From Eremomyces bilateralis CBS 781.70 (Eukaryota), in the NCBI GenBank assembly GCA_010015585.1, contig ML975157.1: a stretch of 64,000 bases of DNA. One strand, given 5' to 3'. The notes under the pieces are model-generated. The model did not search any database. It saw only the letters and a list, made by a program, of their open reading frames with translations, and was not told the origin of the DNA. The stretch's first letter is position 1. The number at the start of each line of letters is the position of its first letter. The translations under genes were made by a program, and so were the position numbers. Below, piece after piece: positions 23,952 to 38,455 of this stretch.

Positions 23952-26900
23952 TTACGCAAGGGCAAAATACTCGTTGCCAGCAGTCATTGCCGTGTAGAGC
24001 TGGTGACGGAGGGTTTCGTAAGAGTCATATTCCGGCAAATCGAGCTCTGAAAAATGTGTTAGTTGCAGTAGATACATTTGGGATGCACGAGACTTACGGT
24101 TGAAGCAAGTGTGTGAGCTGGGCAATCTATCGGTGTTCCCGTAGTCACGGTGAATGGTAAACTTGGAGAATCCATTCATGCCCTCAAGCTCCTTGAAGCC
24201 GTTGAGAGGCACTTTGCTGGTGCCCGTAACGAACTGGAGAAGCTTAGCTCGTTCTTCCTTGTCGAAGGATCGGACGGCTCGCCAGAACCACTGGATCTGA
24301 GGGGAAGTAGGAGTGTAGTTCTGGTACGAGCTATTGTTCTTCCAGTCGTCGACATCAATGTCCGGAAGACCGGAGATCAACAGCTCGAGTTCCTGCTCAT
24401 TGAAAATGGAGATGAGCTCTGCGGGGACAATTTCATGGAATCCTAATCAATCATTAGTCATGAGCTGGTAGATGGGTAGGGGTTGATGGAACTCACCCTT
24501 CAGGAAGTGCTCCAATTGCTCAGTCACAGCACCCGTCAATCGATTTTCCACCACCAGACGGACATACTCGTGCTTGTTCGCCTCTGTAACCGGGATATTG
24601 CGGCCGTTCTCCTTCAAGTCATGAACCTTGGTCTCTCCGAACACCTCACTTTGAACGCTGAACGTCTCCGTGATGATGTCGGTGATGTCATTCTCAAGCA
24701 TCCAGAGCAACGACTTGTAATAGTCCAGATCCAGAGATTCCATGTCCTTGACGTTGACTGCCTTGCCTAGCATGCGCTTGTAGACCGCCCTGCTAAAGTG
24801 GCAGTCAAGTACACGGCCTTCGTATAGGGCTTTGCCGATGATGCGGCCAATGAACTTGAAGTACATCAAATGCTCGGGATTGATCATGCTGTGCGCATTT
24901 GGGTGGAACGTCGTCCGGTCAGACGCCACAGGATTAAACAGCGCGTAGTCGGGGTTGAACATCTGCTTGGACAGAACCTGGAACCATTCTCGGGTAACGC
25001 CGCCTGCGTCAACACCCTCTTCGCCATGGAAACGAATGTTGAGCTTGCCATATTTCATTTCGTCTCCGGATTTGAAATATAGCGACTTAAACGAATCCAA
25101 GAAGACCTGGTCTCTACGGACCTGGAGTTGCAAGGTCGAGTGAGGGTGTCGGGCGTCTGTACGACGGTGCAGCTCACGGCTAAAGAAGTTCCGCTTGTTG
25201 TCAAATTCAAGCACCTTGGAATTCTTGACCATCAATGAGAACGATCCGCTCATGAGCTTGGGGTTTTGTCGTACAAGATCGTTCAAGATCTTGCGATGCT
25301 CCTCCGTGAAAGTGAAGAACAAATTCTCCATTCCAGCGGCTTCCGGTTGGGGGCTTGACACTGCGAACTCCTTCGACACCTGTCGGTTGAGAGGCGCATC
25401 TTTCAAGGTAGTGTTTTTGCAAACAACCATCAAGACCTCAATGAGGGGTTGCAGGACTGCAGCAACGTTGAACATGTCGCCACGGACGCGAATGGATGTC
25501 AAGCACTCGCTGAGCTTTGTCCAGAGCGGACCAAAGGTTGAATTGTCGTAGATCGATGCCAGAATGTGTTCCTTTTGCTGAGAGTTGAGTTCGGCCGCTG
25601 TGGAATTGGATGGCTTGTCTGGCGTTTCCGCACGCTTGGGGTCGAACAAGTAATCTAGCGCAAGGAAGATGCGAAGAAGTTTCGCTTGGTCGGAGGTCGC
25701 CGGGGAGAATTTGGCTAACGCAACACCCTGAAGGTCGGTACCAGATTTGGCATTCTCGATCTTAACCAGCAACTCCTCGAGATCCTGAAGTATGACGATC
25801 CCAAGGTCATGAGCATGACGGACAAGTTCCTGTCCAAAGACTTCTTTCGCGTCAGGTATAGCTGAGAGATTGGTGATCAGTGCAAGAGTGTCTCTGAACG
25901 CCTTTGGACCACATTCTCGCGTCGCGAAGATGTTGACGACAAGACGAAGGTTGGCTTCTGGAACTTCAGGTGGGGAAAAGGTTTTCGTCTTCTTTTCCTT
26001 CTCCGCTTCTTTCTCTTCGGGCTTGTCTTCTGGCTTTTCTTCTGGCGTAGATGTGGACGCAGCTCCCTGTTCGGCGGTGGTCTCAGCTGGCTGTTGTCCG
26101 TCATTGGTTGCAGCTTCGGCTCCAGCAGCAGTCTGGTCATTGGCAGTCATCACCACATCAGAATCTCCTGCCGCAGGGGCGGTCTCGGTTTCGGTTTGTC
26201 CGCTGGTCTGAGCTTCTTCTCCTTCATCTGGCTTCTCTTGCTGAGCTGCCTCCTTTTCCTTCCTGAGGAGATGATTCAGGGGGTTGGTGATAATCTGGAG
26301 CAAAGAAGCGAGCTGTTCCATCACCTGCGAACTGTCCATGATGACCTTGCGATCCAAGAGGCTCAAGAGTGCGTTGAGTGGGAACTTGATGGCCTTGACC
26401 TCTTTCCCCTTGCCCTTCTTGGGTGTACGATGACGGATCCCACCGCTGGTCTCGTGTTCGGTGAGGAAAAACAATGCCATGCTTGAATTGGAACCACTTG
26501 TGAGGTATGACAGGGTCCCCAAGCATTGCTGAACAACAGTCAATGGAGAAAGATCATTCCCATTTGGAAGTTGTCCAGTTAAGGTACGCCTCAAAGGATG
26601 AGGTGACTTGGGACCGGCAGCGCCCTGTTTAGCCCGGAGGGACAGCTGAGCGAAGCTCCTCTCCACCGCTCCAATATCCGTACTGCCATCCTGGAGGATC
26701 GAAAGGAGAATGCTGATGACTTCCGCACGATTTTGCTTGTTCATACAAATGTCTCGCAGGATGTCGTTCAAGCTCTGCCGCGCGCTCCCTTGCATTGGGA
26801 CAAACATCAGCCGAAGCAATCCCGCGACGCCGGATTTGTCCAACATCTGAGGATATGGACGGGGTTTTGGCTTGGCCTGTGGCTCATCTCGACCAGTAGG

Positions 26901-29900
26901 TAATTGCAAGGCCGCACGGGTGCGACTGAGTCGTGGGAAATCGTTGTATTGGTTGAGTCGGCGTTCTCCGTTAAGCAATCGGGCCTCTTCAGCGATATGA
27001 GCCGGCAGTTGGGCAATGGTGGCATCGTCTTGTTCCATCAAGAGCACTTGGCGGAACTGGGGATCAAGTGTAGCCAGGAAACTGCTTGTGTCCATCTCCT
27101 CAGCACCAGGCGCGGCAGGACCACCTTCAGTAGCTCTACGGCGACGTTCCTCTTCCTGCTCACGACGTCGTCGGTCCTGTGCCTCCTGCTCCAGGATCTC
27201 TTGTCGGATCCCAGGTGGAAGAGCTTCAAGGAATTCTCGGCTGATACTGCTAGGCTCTTCACCCTGGGCAACTGCCTGAGATCGTTGCGATGCGACGTGT
27301 GTCATGATGGCTTCCTCGCGGAATTCCTCGGGAAGGGCTTCAAGGTATTCTCGATCAATCCCCATGCCGGTGATATCGAATTCGCGGCCACGAAGATTGA
27401 TGGTAACGCGAGGCTGATCGTCCGCCGCCGCTGCCTGGTCCACACCGGAAGGTTCGGTCGCCTCCATGTCCTCCATTTCCTGATCAGACTCTTCCGCTTC
27501 GTCTTCATCCTCGTGTTCCTCTTCGTGCTGGGCAGCTTCTTCAGCACGTGCTCGTTCTTCGGCCTCTCGCTGAGCCGCTTCTGCGGCCTCTCGCTCTTCC
27601 TGCTCTTTCTTTTCCTTAGCCTCGCGTTCTTTCTTCTCGGCTTCCTCTTTAGCCAATCGCGCGGCTTCTTCCTCCGCCCTCTTCCGGGCCTTCTCAGCCT
27701 CGATCCGTTGGGCTTTGATAGCAGGAGGAACCATCAAGCGAAGGATGGAGTTGATCACATTGTTGGCTTTCTCGTTGGAGCTGGTTCCAAACAAGAGTGC
27801 GGCTTCTTCCTGCCAACGAACGATCGTAGTACCTGGGACAAAGTAAACTGCTGTGAACGGAGTTGGCTGTTGAGAGGTCGGGTCAGAGCGAGATCCAGAA
27901 ATCCGGAAGGCTCCCTCCAAGGCGTTTGGCATTCGTTGGCCTGGGAGTCCCGTTCCTGTAATAGAGAAACGGATTGGCCCAGTGCGCCCATGAAGCATCG
28001 TGTTCTGTTGGACGGCGGAAAGGATCTGATTGATCAGGGCAAACGGCATCTCGCCACCCATGCCACTAGGCCCGCGGCCTCCAAGTCGCAGGGGGTCGAA
28101 GTCGAAAGGGAAGTCGCTCAACAAGTCCACGGCAACGGGATGGGGGATATTGCGCCCTCCAGTCGGGGAGACCGGGCCAGGACGAGCCAGTAGAGGATTG
28201 GTTCCATCGGTCGCACCACGATCCGCTCCAGGTCGGTGACTGCGATGCGGAGCGCCGTATATGTTTCGGATAGGATCGCGACCGTGGGAACGGAAATGGT
28301 CGAGGCGCATAGGGTCACCATGGTGATGGTGGTGGTGATGTGGGTGGCCGAGACGCATGCCAGCCGGAGGGAATGTACCCCACATGGCGCCGGGGGGAAG
28401 ATTGGAGTCATCGTCATCGAAATCTGGACGATACACCAGATCATCGTCCTCATCATAGTCGTCTTCCTCGTCTTCCTCGTCACCTTCCATGTCATCCATG
28501 TCTTCCTCGTCTAGGTAGTTATCACCACCCATATCGATTCCGATGTCGCCATCGCCACCGAGCTGTTGAAGAAGTTGGACAGGGGGTTGATCTCCTTGCA
28601 GCAATGACACGATGTTATCGAGTCCATTTCCGTGGACGCCGTTCTCGCCGTTCTCGTCCTGGAAGTCATGGAAATCGCCATATTCCGCCTCCTCTTCCTC
28701 CCAACCCGCGTCGTGGTCGTCGAGGCTACCATTGTCATCGATGAAGTCTTCTTCGATGTGTTCATTTGGACCCTCGTCATCCTCATCATCTTCATCGTCG
28801 TCCTCATCGTCCATGTCGTCATCTTCATCCATGTCGTCGTCGTCGTCCGAATCATCGGAACTCATGCCGGCTCCATCATCCATAACAACTTCGACATCGA
28901 TTGGGCCCTCGCCTGGCATGCCTTCAATGGGACCAACGCCGTCATCTTCGTCATCGCTGACAACATCGTCTTCATCTTCTTGCTCTTCATCGAACTCCAT
29001 ATCGTCAGGGTAGCCGTCATCATAGAGCTCGACGTCTTCATCCATGTCTTCAGCCTCGTCGAACTCATCATGGTTGGGTTCAAGAAAGCCTAATGTCGAG
29101 TTGCGGTAGAGATCCGGAGTCTCTTCGCGATCATGGCTCATTTCCGAGACAGAAGAAGACGCGGACGATATCGCATCGTCTTCCATTGACCCTGGGGTGA
29201 GTGGGAGTTCCGAGCTCTGGCTGAGCTGGATAGACAGATGAAGCAGGTATTTGAGAGGCTTGAGGATGTACTTGATGGCACGCTTCGCGTTGGGGAAATT
29301 CAAGTCGATCTCAGTTGTGGCATTCGTCAAGGTCGCCACAAAGTTCTTCTCGTACATCATCTTCGCCAACTGTTTTGGCGACGATGGGTCTGGAATCACA
29401 CCAGGCGCGCTCGATCCCTGTGGTGGCCGCACGAGCATTCGATGGAAGAGGTCGCTAAGGCCAAGGAGTCGTGAGTACTTCATCTCAAGAGGGTCCGAAG
29501 AACCTTGGGCATCCTTGAAGGCTCTGATAGCATGGTCCAGCACGAACTTCCGAACGAATATCAGGTCAGAGTCGGGTTCTGCTTCATCTTTTGCTTTTCG
29601 TGTCGTCCCGGTCTCGCCTGTCTCTGAGCATAGAGCCACGAGGACAGAAACGGCCCATCCCGATGTAGAGGAGTTCTTCTTTGATTCAATATCATTGGGA
29701 TGAGCGATCGATCCCGTGGGAACTAGGGAATTGAGAAGATAGTTGAGAATGCCCGCTCGCGGTTTTGAGGGAGTGGAATTTTGGGGATCGGACTTCCGCG
29801 AGAAGTTGATGAACTCGATCTTGGTCCGGTTGTAGCTGGACAGGAGCTCCGCAAGGCATTGAAGAAGGAAGCAACGGTACATGTAAATCGTGTGATCTTC

Positions 29901-32900
29901 CGGTTTGAACTTCTGGTCGGTCCGTGGCGGAGTAACATCCGCCGATGCAACCGATGCAGCATCGTCTGAAGTGCCGGTGTCAACAGAGAGGAGTTGAGAA
30001 TTCGTAGCGGTCTCGTCCCCGGCAGGTCGTTCTTCCTGTTCTGGCTTTTCTTTCTGCTCGGCATCCTTGACATCTTTGTACGCGAGAAGTTCGCAAAGCA
30101 GATAGTGAATCACACCATCCGGATGCCCAACAACTGGGGCCTTGATCTCTTGGGACTTCCCTGCAGATGCATCGGGCTTTGCTTGCTCCTTGGGCTCTTC
30201 CTTGTTCTCGGAGTTCTCGCCTTCGCCGCTTTCGGTGTTCTCGTCCTTCTTCAGGGTGAGGGAAGACATCCGCGTATCCCACCGCGTGAATCGCAGCTTC
30301 TCGGTGGTCACCTCGACAAAAATATCCGGCGATCGGAGTACAAGATGGGACATCTGGCGAACATATGTGGCAACATCGTTCGGTCGCTGCGACCGTGACT
30401 CAAAAGCTTGTTGAATCTCGTTTCGCATGATGTTCCGGATGATCTCGTCGTCTTCCACAATGTGGCGCAGAATCAGCATGAAACCATTTTGCAGCTTGTT
30501 ACTACCCAACCCGTTCAACTGCCGAACCATGAGGAACAAGCTTCGGATATTCTGTTTTTCCCCAAGCTGCTTTGCAAGCTTATGAGTTCTCGTCAGCATG
30601 ACTAAGGCACGGATCACTGACAGAGCAAGCGTTGCATCTTTGCCAATCTTCGGAAGGATCTTGATGAGCGACTGAAGAAGTTTCTGCTTCTCTTCCAGCG
30701 GTAGAAATTGTTCCGGGGGAGAAATTGGAGCAATATCGAAATCCTCGGTATCTTCGCTCGGAGCGGTCCATTTGATTTGGTTGGGTTGAAGGTCGTGGGA
30801 AAGCAGCTTCTCCAGGATAAGGAGCACCTGTCCAACCCAAGTCACCGACTCCTCGTCTGCACCAACAGGATAGATTCGGATGAAACCAATAAGGGCCTCG
30901 AAGTTGTCCTTGAGATCGGAAAGGGCGGCATTGTAGAACTGTCGGTCTTGAAGCGTAAGAGCCAAGAGATGTGCGCAGGACGCAATCTTCTTTCCTTGAG
31001 CACGCCAATCCTCCGGTTTCTCATCATCATCCATCTTCAGCGAAATGAGCGACTGAACCAGAATGGTGCCAATCTCTTGACGCAGCGACGTCTGATCCGC
31101 AGCCTTGGATATAGTTGCGTTGATGAGATCTGCCAGTTCGAACGTAAGATCCGGATGCACGTTCAGAACATCAAGAATGCGATCGATCATATTCGTCCGT
31201 AGACTTGCACGCAGTTCATCAAGATCATCCACGGTGATGACATCAGGTTGCTTCGCAGCTTCCACCCCCGAGTTTCGACTCTCAGGGGTGGAAGTATCGC
31301 GTTCAAGCGGCGGTGGCATAGGAGCCCCGGTAAAGTCGAGCAGTCTCGGAATCTGATCGTCAGTGATAGCCAAGGCGGGCAGCTGGGGTGGCGAGACGTT
31401 TGATCCGTGGATGTCGTTGCTATCCAGTACATCCTGCATGATGACCGATGAGCTCAGTGGATTGTCTGCCGCAGGTTCGTTTAGTCGAGACTCTGGCTGC
31501 TGGGCATCACCGTTCGCGGGCTGCTGCGCCGGGGAGCGGGTTCGCGTCGGAGTTGTGAGCTCCTCCTGGGGGATTCGGTTCCTGATTGACCTCGGGTCGG
31601 TCCTGCGTACCGAACAATATTCCCGAGCGTTCGCATAGTTATCGTTGCATCGGAATAGAGCTTCTCTTGCAAGGTCGGCCCCATAGTCGTTCTCGAGAAG
31701 TCTAAGGTTTTCCTGATCTCGAGGGGACCATGTCCTAGGAGTCAACTCTCTCTTCTTTGGAATCTTGTTCGATCGCTCCCATGCGCCATTCTCAGAGTCG
31801 CCCTCAAGGACGATCCGCAGGATGTCAAGAATGTATCGAGCGGTCTCCCGAATCTCAAGATTCATGAAATCAGACTCCCATAAACCCATCACCGGCTTTG
31901 CTGTCAATGTTCGAAGCTCCACCAAGAACTGGGATGGTGAAAAATAATCTGGTCGTTCGCGGTCGCGGTTGCGCTCCCGTGAGAGCAGTGCCTGACTTTG
32001 GGTGGCATCATTGACGTTCTTCGAGTTGATCACCTGCGCATAAAACGCGACGATAGCTTGGATCGCGGCCAAAGAGAGACCGTGGATGAAGTGCGGCCCG
32101 TCGACTTTGCCCTCTTCATTATTCCCCTCGGGCACATTGGACCGGGCGTACTCGGCGCAAGATTCGAGGATCGAGCGCAGAACATCAAATCCACCTTGGT
32201 TCTTGAACGACTGGATGACGAGGGTAAGGATTTGCGTGGGCGAGCCCGAAGCATCGGTCGCAGATCCCTCAATCATGGCATCCTCTAATGACCGAACGAC
32301 GGTGATGAAATATTTGAACCTAAACTCCATATCGTCCTGAGAAGTCGGCTTGCTGTACTGGAGCTGAGAGATTGCGCATTGAGCCAGCTTCTCGGCGACC
32401 TTGATCGCATTTTGTTTCGGATATGATTCAATTCGCGGTCGAAGCAAGAGAATCTTTCCGAACGCAAGACGTAGAGGTGTGATTACTTGCGAAACGTTGT
32501 CAAGAAGGCTCTCAATCAATGGGATGTTCTTGTTGAATGCCGGACCCCGTTTCTTCTCGGGTACAGAATGAATCTCTGGCCGTTCAGGTTGGCCGTTTGT
32601 TCCGGTCACTTCGACTTGAGGGTTTTCCGAGCTAGAGCCTGCGGCAGCATTGCTTGGCTCACTGTCCTGACCTGGTATACTATCAGGATCCTTTGGCTTC
32701 CTTTCCTTCAGAGTCTCGATGGAGCGCCTCATAAGGATCGTCCATTCCCATTCACAAGCGCTTTGGAGTTTGCCGAGCCCTTCAAGGATCGTGATATACA
32801 CATCCGTCAGGTTTACTTGATTGGCGATGGTCGATGACGCCCGATGCGTGTAGGTCTTGTTTTGCATCAATGCAGACATCAACGCGGAGCAGAGGACATA

Positions 32901-35900
32901 GATTGTCTGCAGACGCTTGACGTAAAGGGTACCTTGGTTCAGCGTGAAATCTGCGGGTGCCTTGCCGGAAATGGATGGATAGGCAAAGGTGCTGAAAAAC
33001 GAGGATGGATCCGCTGAGTCGGTGAAAGGAGCGAGCGATTGCATGACACGCTGGATGCGATTCAGGAGAGGGGGAAGGCCCAAATGTGGTTTCTGTTCCA
33101 TGATCATCTGCAGGAGGCGGATGACATCGTAAGCTTGATGCGAAATGCTCGGCTGCAGGGGAAATGGTGGCTTCTTGAAGTCATGTTCAAGTCCTGGGTG
33201 AGTAGCGAGATCCAGGATATATTCCATGCCGCCGTTGTCGATAAAGTTGGTGCAGATGGTGGAGTTGGAGAAGAAGCCAACCAGGAAGCGAGAGACAACC
33301 GAAATTATCTCGGATGCATCAACATTGTCTTTCCGCCCAGCAAACTTCTCGACCTCATCAGATGAGACGGGCTCTTTGGCGCTCTCTGATCCCGCATCGT
33401 CCGCATTGGCCATTTCGACATCAATCGAGTCCTGGTCTTGAACAAGATCAAGAGCGTGTCGACCACCAGAGACGACTAGTTTCTGTTCTTCATCCAAGAC
33501 CCACAGCTTGATGCCCGAGCCCTCGTCGCGTGCTTTCTTCGAACACAATCGCAGCGAATTCTCAAGCATTCGCCGGACCGCGACTAGAGTCATTGTTCGA
33601 AGAGAAGGATGATGTCGAACAAGCTCGTCAAATGCATGGCCTAGCTCGCTTGCAACGTCCCGATCGTTCGAGCCCATCGCCTTGACGTGAACGGCGCTCT
33701 CGAAGATATCGAAGAATGCATCGAGCGCACCAGACCGCTTGAACAGCTTCATGCCAGCTTCGGTCAGACAGATGGCGCCAAAAGCCTGAGGCACTGCTGT
33801 GATTGCTTCCGCGACCGGAAGTATGCCAGTCGCTTCGGTTTTACGGTCACCTGCAGCTCCAGCCGAGACAGCCGATGATTCGACCTCGCCTGTGGATTCT
33901 GGGTCGTCACCAATCGGTTGACGAGTCACTGCCTCTAGCAGTTCCTTGCTGAGCCCAGCTTCGGCAATGACAGCGTAGCTGGTTGGTTCGTTATGGATGA
34001 AGTTGCTCAGGATCGTGGCCGCACTGCTCCACGCATTTGACCCATAGGTCGAGGCGTTCCGCAGGACGGTGCGCAAGGCGCTCAGAAGCGGAGGTGAGTC
34101 GATCAAATTCCGGAGCAGTCGGTCGATGTTGGTGCCGGTATGCGTCATCATGTGGTTGATGAATTTGAAGTTCATCCGAATCGTCTGCTGCTTGAAAAAG
34201 GGGATTGAATAGTCGGTAAGAGAAGTTTTGTGGTTCTCTGGAATGCCTTCGCCCCGTTGAGCAGCGTCAAATGCTGTCTCCACTTCAAAGAGCGTCAACT
34301 CGGCAATGGCATCCAAACCTTTCGCAGAGGCCCATGTCTGGAACGCATCGCGGACATTGTATATGAACGAGTCCAAGAAGCCCAGGACTCTTGCGTGAAA
34401 CCGATCGGCTTTTGCCGTCCGAAGCTGCAGCACGTCCACGAGGATCTGAAGCATGCCAGCTTGGACCATATGATCAGCCTGTCTATGTGCAGAAGTTGGA
34501 AGAGCGACGAGCAAAGCAAGAAGTGCCTCCCGCCAGTCTTCTTCTTCGTAATCTGGTTCCTCGCCATCCTCCACGGCTAATTGAGCGACCACTTTACGGA
34601 CCATGTAGAAGAGAACGCCGTGATTCTGGCTGCTCATCAAGGCATTGTTGACCTCGGGGCTCTTCTTTGGCTGCTTCGTCAGTGCTTCCAGGGTCTGGAT
34701 CGCAATAGTCTGAAGGCGGCGAGAGACGACCTCCTTTCCATCTACCGAGGGCTGCAGTAATTCGCTGGTCTGATAAGCCAACTGTAGCCGGCGTTGCTCA
34801 TCTGAGTCATTCTGGCCAACCTTCTGCTGGAAGACGGACTCTCCGCAAATGTAGGCAAGATTCGCCACGGCAAGTAGTCGAACACCTATGAGCAATTCTC
34901 GAGCTTCATGGCCGGATGATATGGCCTTGGCGATGCGGATCTTGTGGAGCAAGTCGTATTTGTTGGCGGTAGGAAGATTGTCGACATGCTTGGCAACTAG
35001 CTCTTCGACCTGTAAAGAGGAGATTTCATCGCGAGAGATCTCTATGGACTGCTGATCAGATCGTTTCCGCTCCTCGTGTTCATTCGCAAAGGCAATTGCT
35101 TGTTCGTTGGTGCCACTCTGCCGTGCAGCGATGTTTGAAGCTCGTTGGGCCGTGGGAGAAGCAGAAGGTGATGCCACATCATCTCTGGATCGCCTTCTCT
35201 GTTCAGATGACGAATCCGCGTGGGACTTCGACTCTGCATAATAGCTCAAACTAACAGTAGTCCAATCTTGTTGACGCAGTTGTTCCGTGCTATCTGGCCC
35301 GACGAAAGCTGACAGATCCGATCCGCTGACCTTGGCTTGCTTCGTCGACGTTCCGGGCACGGGATCGCTAGATTCCTTGCCTTTAAAGCTTAGCAACGAG
35401 CTGTGCGCGCTAGTCGGTGTACCGGTAGAAAACGGTGATGCAAGTTTGTGGATATTATCCAAGTTGAACGCAACCAGGTTGTGAAGAGGCGGGACAAGTG
35501 AGTTGTTCGCTGACCGCTGTCGTGATGAGAAATATCGCATAGAAAGACGGACGGCGACTTCGAGTGTTCCGGTGAGAATTCGAAGGTCGGTGGTGTTGAG
35601 GAGGTTGTTCAGATGGCTGCTGCTGTTATAGATGCTTCGGTTTCCACAGTTTTCAAGCAGCAGCGTTGTGAACCGCAAGATGGTGTGAAGCAGGCGGAAA
35701 TCGGCATCCTCGGGGATTTCATTGTGCTCTTTTTTATCCGATGCTTCTTCATCTGCCCCACATGAAACTCGATTGCTAAAAGGTTGAGATTGAGGTCCTT
35801 TATCCAGGCCATATTCCTTAACACATCGCTCCAAGATCGAGTCGAACTGGTCGAGGGCAGGAATCCAGTGGTAGAGATCGCCTCTCGGGAAAGGCCATAA

Positions 35901-36086
35901 ACCTGGGAATGTGGCGATTTTCGCCGGTATCTGATGGACGGGACACTTTTGGATATCACTGATGAAATTGCTTATGATCGGAGACTGGAGGAGGTTAGCA
36001 TATAGACACCATACCATGATCGATCACACTTGACATACCAGGGTTGCATCGTGGCGCGCCGTCGACGACTTCTCGATCCTCCCCAT
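23952..36086 (-). CDS. TOM1: E3 ubiquitin ligase Tom1/HUWE1 (HECT)
   Basis: Start [16 protein letters not shown]; introns 35985-36038, 24443-24496, 24047-24097; ~11.5 kb central exon; acidic tract, UBM-like repeats ([11 protein letters not shown]), HECT with [11 protein letters not shown] and LPSSHTCFN. Confidence 0.97.
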
Positions 36087-37134
36087 GCTCACAACTACCT
36101 AGGGAACAAGTCCCCGGAATAGTGTTGATTTTGTCACCAGTCGTGGGTTCGTGGTCCTGACTGATAGCAGGGCTGGAAGCTCCAGGTCGGATTGCTAATC
36201 GCGGCGTCGGCGGATGAAAGTAGTCTTTAATGTAAACTCCAAGATCTGGAGATGGCAAATATCACAATGAAGCCTCCTCCGTGTTCTAAGATCGTGTGAA
36301 CGGACTCAGGTAATAGCTGGAGAAGGGGAAATGTGAAGGGGATGGCGAATATCGGAAACCGTTCAGAAGGTGGGTCGGGAGACGTCGAGATGGTGAAGGG
36401 CGAAGGTGCAGGCAACTTCCTTCATCAAATCGTGCTCAAAGTTTTCTGAAGATGGTGTCCAGGTCAGATTGGAGAAAAGGTTAGATGGAGGAGTGCGGAG
36501 AAAGGTTTGTGGGAGGAGTTTGTGTTGATAATTGTGTGAACGGGGTGGAAGTGAAATCATCACCTCTGCAAGGCTTCAAAGCTGCCGCCGCAATTGATTG
36601 AATGATGGAATACTGAGACGCTCGGGCCATCGGAACCTGAGCGGACGGGTCGTACCTGAGTTAAACCACGTCCAACAGTTACGCTCTCCAACGGTTTGAC
36701 ACACACCGTACCGGTCAGAGTTCGATTATAACATTATATTCGACTCTATAAGAGGATCGGGTTGTATATATCAACGATTCAATACATCGCTCGGCAACTC
36801 GAGTACATCATCCGGGACCATTCAACTGAACTCATTTTCTGTCGCTCTAACTTAAGATACAAGTATACCGCTCCCTTGCGTCACCTACCACCAGAATCCG
36901 ATGGATCATGGACCCAGGTGCCTATTGATGAATTCCTGCAGCCTACCTACAATCCCTCCGCCGAACTCCGAGATAACCCATCCTCGAAGAAATGTTGATC
37001 CTACTCTGGTGCTGATTATACAGTTGTACTCAATCTGATATTCGTCGGAATCGCTTGTCCCGTCACTGTCTAGGCGGCATGCACTTGGCTCGAAGCGTAA
37101 GACTCCCATGCCATTGCGCCCGACAAAAATTGGC

Positions 37135-37506
37135 TCACGAAGACGTGATATTGGTTCCGCTCGCATTATTCGCATCTTCTTTCCCCTCTACCAGCCTCAT
37201 AGTCTCCTCGATAACCAGCATGTCTCGCTCGATCGTCTCCGCCCATGTCTGCAAGTCGCCCATTTCTTTCAGCTTTTTCGTGCTGGTGTCCGCCATTTTC
37301 TGCAATTTGGCCGTCTCTTTGGTCAACGCGGCCGTGGCTTTGGCGACTTGCTTTTCTTGCTTCTCGATCGATGCCGCGTTCGCGTGAAGGTCGGCCGCTC
37401 GAGTCTTCATGTCGTTGTCGATGGAGCTGCCCACCGCTGCGAGCGATGCCGTCACGGCTGCCCGCGCCTCGGCGACTCTGCGCTCTTCGTCTTGCGGTGA
37501 GGACAT
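37135..37506 (-). CDS. BLOC-1 subunit 1 (GCN5L1 family)
   Basis: Short coiled-coil ORF with LKEMGDLQTWAETIERDMLVIEETMR signature. Confidence 0.85.
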   Translation of the reverse strand: MSSPQDEERRVAEARAAVTASLAAVGSSIDNDMKTRAADLHANAASIEKQEKQVAKATAALTKETAKLQKMADTSTKKLKEMGDLQTWAETIERDMLVIEETMRLVEGKEDANNASGTNITSS

Positions 37507-38455
37507 ATTGATGCAGATGTCGTCAAAATGAGGGGAGTTATATGGTTTATATCAGTTTCTTGCCGGTACGGTTGTATCCTGCTGGTTGTGTCGCTTCCCG
37601 AAACCTTAGAGCTGTCCCTGCATGAGACCATGAGCTCCCATACCCAAGCCATCTTCTCTGATTGGTTTGTTTCGTTCACCTTTCTTGACGCCCTCTTTGG
37701 CCGTTATACAGTATATATTTGCAGGTGATCAGCGCCATGGCCCGAATCGGGTTTCTCTGTTATTTCTGCGTCCTACAGTCAAGTCTCTTCTATGCTCAAG
37801 TCATGTTTCGTGAACATGAATGTGGGCAGCAGTACAGCCCCCAGATCGGGCACACGGCTTCAATTTTCTACTCTCGCTTTGGCCAGTCGCTCGGTGGAAT
37901 TCCTTTCGTTTCATCATCTTGTTCAAGGCTGGCATGCTCCGGAACCTCCGGTTCCTCCAATGCGCAGAAACGCCGCTCCAATTATGGTCTGAGTTGCAAC
38001 CTCTACTAGGCTTAATGGGGCACGGACTCGATGTGCTCCGTTTCTCGAACAAGATTGTGGTCAGTTGATATTTCGATTCCTGACTTTCCATGAACCTGGC
38101 ATTTCTTTAGCCTTCGTTATATAGAATTTCATTTAATCGTTTGCCTGGAGAGAAATTCGATCAACCGACATTGGCCCGAGAATCAAATACCTTAATTATC
38201 CTAGACAACTAGGCCAGGCCGACCAGGGTATCGGTTTCATGCGATTTCACAGATTTACTCATTACGGTGCTCCGTACTTTGTACGGCATCATGCTCCAAA
38301 ATTGCACGGTGCCAATCTGCGACTTTAGAAACCTGGCGACGTTCACTGGTCATTTTTATGAATCGTCCAGACATTATATAGTTGTCTAAAGATGCCCCTC
38401 CTAGCCTGTGAGTCCGAGACGCAATTTTCATGCTCTCGTCTCCCAGTTTTTGACA

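Noticed and set aside
26904..28193. 429-aa plus-strand ORF and other long ORFs opposite TOM1
   Set aside because: Antisense shadows of low-complexity, codon-biased coding sequence
36719..36750. GTTCGA motif suggesting a tRNA T-arm
   Set aside because: No cloverleaf or A-box context
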